A stretch of 64,000 bases of DNA from Elusimicrobiota bacterium (lineage in GTDB: Bacteria; Elusimicrobiota; Elusimicrobia; UBA1565), in assembly GCA_043827405.1 (NCBI GenBank), contig JBDRPD010000108.1, positions 32,001 through 96,000 of the forward strand, written 5' to 3'. Positions 61,504-64,000 of this stretch are shown here, one piece after another. Under the pieces are notes generated by a model. The model made no database searches and had not been told where the DNA came from. It saw only the letters and a program-made list of their open reading frames with translations. The position numbers and the translations under genes are program-made. The number at the start of each line of letters is the position of its first letter. Position 1 is the first letter of the stretch.

Positions 61504-62054
61504 GCCGCCGCGCCCTTTTCTTCCAGGCAATTGCGCATCTTAATACGGGCGCGAAAAAGCAGCACCCTTAAGTAGTTGTCCGAGACGTCCAGAACGTTAC
61601 ACACTTCCCAGCTCCCCTGGCGCAGCACCTCCTTCAGCTGAAAAGCCGAGCGCTGCGCGTCGGTAAGGCCCTCCAGACATTCTTCAATCATGCGGTAAAG
61701 TTCCGCTGCTTGCGCCTCGTCGTCTGGACCGCTGGGCGGCGGACTCCAGTGGCCGTTGGGCCCGGACATGCGCCGGTCGAAAACCGCGTCAACGGGGTCG
61801 ACGGAGAGCTCGCGCACCCGCTTGCGGCGGCGCTCGAGGGACTTATTGTGCAGGATGCCGAAGAGATAGGTTCGCAAGCTCGAACGCCCTTCGAACCGGT
61901 CGGATTTCTTCACATAGGTGAGCAGGGTTTCCTGCACCAGGTCCTCGGCCTCGCTCATTTGAAAGCCCTGGCTAAGCGCGCCCCGCAGCAGAATTTCCGA
62001 GTGTTCGCGTACGATGCGTTCGAGTTCGTCTCGAGAGGGCTTGGGCTTGGTCAC
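61500..62054 (-). CDS. ECF RNA polymerase sigma factor
   Basis: AEDLVQET, FEGRSSLRTYL, GHW, VLLFRAR; GTG start inferred. Confidence 0.9.
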   Translation of the reverse strand: MTKPKPSRDELERIVREHSEILLRGALSQGFQMSEAEDLVQETLLTYVKKSDRFEGRSSLRTYLFGILHNKSLERRRKRVRELSVDPVDAVFDRRMSGPNGHWSPPPSGPDDEAQAAELYRMIEECLEGLTDAQRSAFQLKEVLRQGSWEVCNVLDVSDNYLRVLLFRARIKMRNCLEEKGAAA

Positions 62055-62275
62055 GGGGTACGCGTCGCGTATCTCCCTTTCTTCTGATCCAGGTAGTCGC
62101 GCACGTCGCCCGACTCGGTGTAAAACAGCGCCGCGGCGTCGATCCGCCGATCGAGGTTCCGGCGGAAGATATTTCCCGCCGCTCCGGGAATCAGCGGGCT
62201 CGTCCGGTGGGCGGCGGCGAGAAAAAGCGCCAGCGCCGCGGCCGCCAGCGCGAGACGGCGCCATTTGCGCGCCAT
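62051..62275 (-). CDS. Small membrane-anchored hypothetical protein
   Basis: [30 protein letters not shown]; overlaps both neighbours. Confidence 0.55.
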   Translation of the reverse strand: MARKWRRLALAAAALALFLAAAHRTSPLIPGAAGNIFRRNLDRRIDAAALFYTESGDVRDYLDQKKGRYATRTP

Positions 62276-63600
62276 TAGATAACCTTCGGAAACAGCACGC
62301 CGCCGAACGCCAGCCATGCCATGAGCAGCGTGAGGATAATATTAAAGCTCTGGCCGACGATATAGAGGATAATCGGCTTGCCGCCCACCAGCTGCCCGGC
62401 CAGCTCCTTGAAGTTGGACTCCAGGCCGATCGAGACGAAGGCCAGACAGAAAAACCAGCCGCGGAAACGCTTGGACTGATTTAAAACCGCGCTTACGCCG
62501 TCGGCGCCCAGCAGCGGCAGCAGAACGAAGCTGAAGAGCACCGACGCCAGAACGAAGCCGACGATAAACTTCGGGAAACGGTACCAGACCTCCAATAGGC
62601 TCGGGCGCGGCGCCTGCGGATCATGCTCGACATTCGTTACCCAGAACACCGCGATGCAGAAGGCGACCAGGCCGATGAGGACATTCTGGATCATCTTGAC
62701 CACGGCCGCGACCTTCTCGGCGTCCTCGCCCAGAAAGGCGCCGGCCGCGACCACGGCGCCCGTGGCGTCAATCGTCCCGCCGAGCCAAGCGCCGGCCACC
62801 GCCGCGTCGAGACCGATAAACTTCGCCAACGCCGGCATGCCGATCATCATCAGCACCGTGAATATCATAGTCATGCCCACGGCGAGCGTCAGCTCGGCTT
62901 TCTTGGCGCGGCAGGCGGCGGCGGCGGCGATGGCGGCCGAAACGCCGCAGACGGAAGTGGCCGTCGCCACGATAATGGTCAGCCGCTTGGAAGTCATCTT
63001 AAGCCAGCGCGTACCGAAAAACCACATAAATATGATCACTATCGGGGTAACGACCCAGGCGACGAGAAGACCGGGAACGCCGAGCTTGAGGATCTTGGAG
63101 AACAAAATCTCGGCGCCCAGGCAGACGAGCCCCGTCTTGATGAACATCTCCGAGCGCGCGCCGCTGAGCAGCCAGCGCGGCGTGCCCACCGTATTGGAGA
63201 TCAGCAGCCCGATGCCCAAAGCCCAGATCGCATAGCCCATGCCCCAGGCATTCATGGTCGCCTGATGCGCCAATAAATAAGACAGGCAGGCGAGGAGGAA
63301 TATGGCGAAGAATCCGCCCAGATACTTCTTCCAATCCTCCCGCATGACGCGCATGCCGACGGCCGTGAAAGCTCCGAGCCCTGCGGCCAAGGCGGCGAGG
63401 GGAAGGAGGAGGCCGGCGGGGAACGCATCCAGCGGGTTGACCGACCACTTGCCGATCATGGGAACCTTGGTTACAAACCCGGCGAGAATGCATACGATCA
63501 GGCCCCCGGCGAACCAGATCGCCCACCAGTCCTCGGTCCGGTAAATCTCGCGCCAGCCCAGACGGACCGCGGTTACGGGAGAGTCCTTTTCTTCAGCCAT
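62275..63600 (-). CDS. YeiH/UPF0324 putative sulfate-exporter-family membrane protein
   Basis: [47 protein letters not shown]. Confidence 0.88.
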   Translation of the reverse strand: MAEEKDSPVTAVRLGWREIYRTEDWWAIWFAGGLIVCILAGFVTKVPMIGKWSVNPLDAFPAGLLLPLAALAAGLGAFTAVGMRVMREDWKKYLGGFFAIFLLACLSYLLAHQATMNAWGMGYAIWALGIGLLISNTVGTPRWLLSGARSEMFIKTGLVCLGAEILFSKILKLGVPGLLVAWVVTPIVIIFMWFFGTRWLKMTSKRLTIIVATATSVCGVSAAIAAAAACRAKKAELTLAVGMTMIFTVLMMIGMPALAKFIGLDAAVAGAWLGGTIDATGAVVAAGAFLGEDAEKVAAVVKMIQNVLIGLVAFCIAVFWVTNVEHDPQAPRPSLLEVWYRFPKFIVGFVLASVLFSFVLLPLLGADGVSAVLNQSKRFRGWFFCLAFVSIGLESNFKELAGQLVGGKPIILYIVGQSFNIILTLLMAWLAFGGVLFPKVI

Positions 63601-64000
63601 TGGGCGCCCCCCCCTCTCCGGGGCCGAGCGTGCGCCACGAGTCGGGGTGCTTGAGGTTGAAATCGTCGACGCGCTGCCGGTAGTCGGGCTCAAAGCCCTC
63701 CCGGCGGATCGCCTGCACCAGCTCGCCGAACTCGGCGGTGCTCTTCAGGTCGGTCGAGCCCGCCTTCTTCTTGACCGGATAGTCGGCCACCAGCTTGGCG
63801 CCGCGGCGGACGTTCGTGGTCCCTCGCGCATCGGAGTAGAACTGGGAGAGCACCAGCACCCGCGACCCGAGAAACACCGCTTCTTCGAGGTCGTGGGTGA
63901 CGAAGAAGATCGTCATCTTGAGCTCTTCCCACGTCTCCAGCAAGTGTACCTGCATATCCTCGCGCGTTCCGGGATCGAGCGCGCCGAAGGGCTCATCCAT
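63593..64000 (-). CDS. ABC transporter ATP-binding protein (NitT/TauT-like), C-terminal part only
   Basis: MDEPFGALD Walker B/D-loop, FVTHDLEEA; truncated by the window edge. Confidence 0.88.
   Translation of the reverse strand: MDEPFGALDPGTREDMQVHLLETWEELKMTIFFVTHDLEEAVFLGSRVLVLSQFYSDARGTTNVRRGAKLVADYPVKKKAGSTDLKSTAEFGELVQAIRREGFEPDYRQRVDDFNLKHPDSWRTLGPGEGGAPNG

Overview
High-GC bacterial chromosomal window, densely coding, with no rRNA, tRNA, CRISPR array, transposase or prophage that I can recognise. The lineage is possibly Elusimicrobiota; this is an inference from the TPR-rich secreted proteins, the TPR-TM-kinase architecture and the orphan pilins, and is not verified. 0-15 kb (+): housekeeping run (nagZ, degenerate GAF/HD-GYP, rsmI, tsaC, LMW phosphatase, glyA, response regulator, mtnP, cdd, atypical accB, accC, gmhA, heptose adenylyltransferase, thiN). 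15-30 kb (-): pcrA, gatC, TPR gene, gatA, gatB, an NHL/transglutaminase-like protein, an SSS transporter and a WD40 plus tandem di-heme peroxidase fusion; an AT-rich 78-bp palindrome separates gatC from its apparent Shine-Dalgarno. 34.6-49.3 kb is the best candidate for an undescribed system: four membrane-anchored Gly-rich proteins with different C-termini. Two are clear paralogs and share a conserved GGTAAA-N5-GGTAAA / TATCCT upstream element. They flank a Tad-type pseudopilin, a secreted nuclease and a sugar-modification cassette. 49-64 kb: TPR-pseudokinase, Ycf46-like AAA ATPase, M3+M48 double peptidase, pilin, RNA-modifying enzymes and an MsrB-MsrA / Omp85 / ECF sigma-anti-sigma redox module. 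All calls come from reading motifs by eye; no database searches were run.
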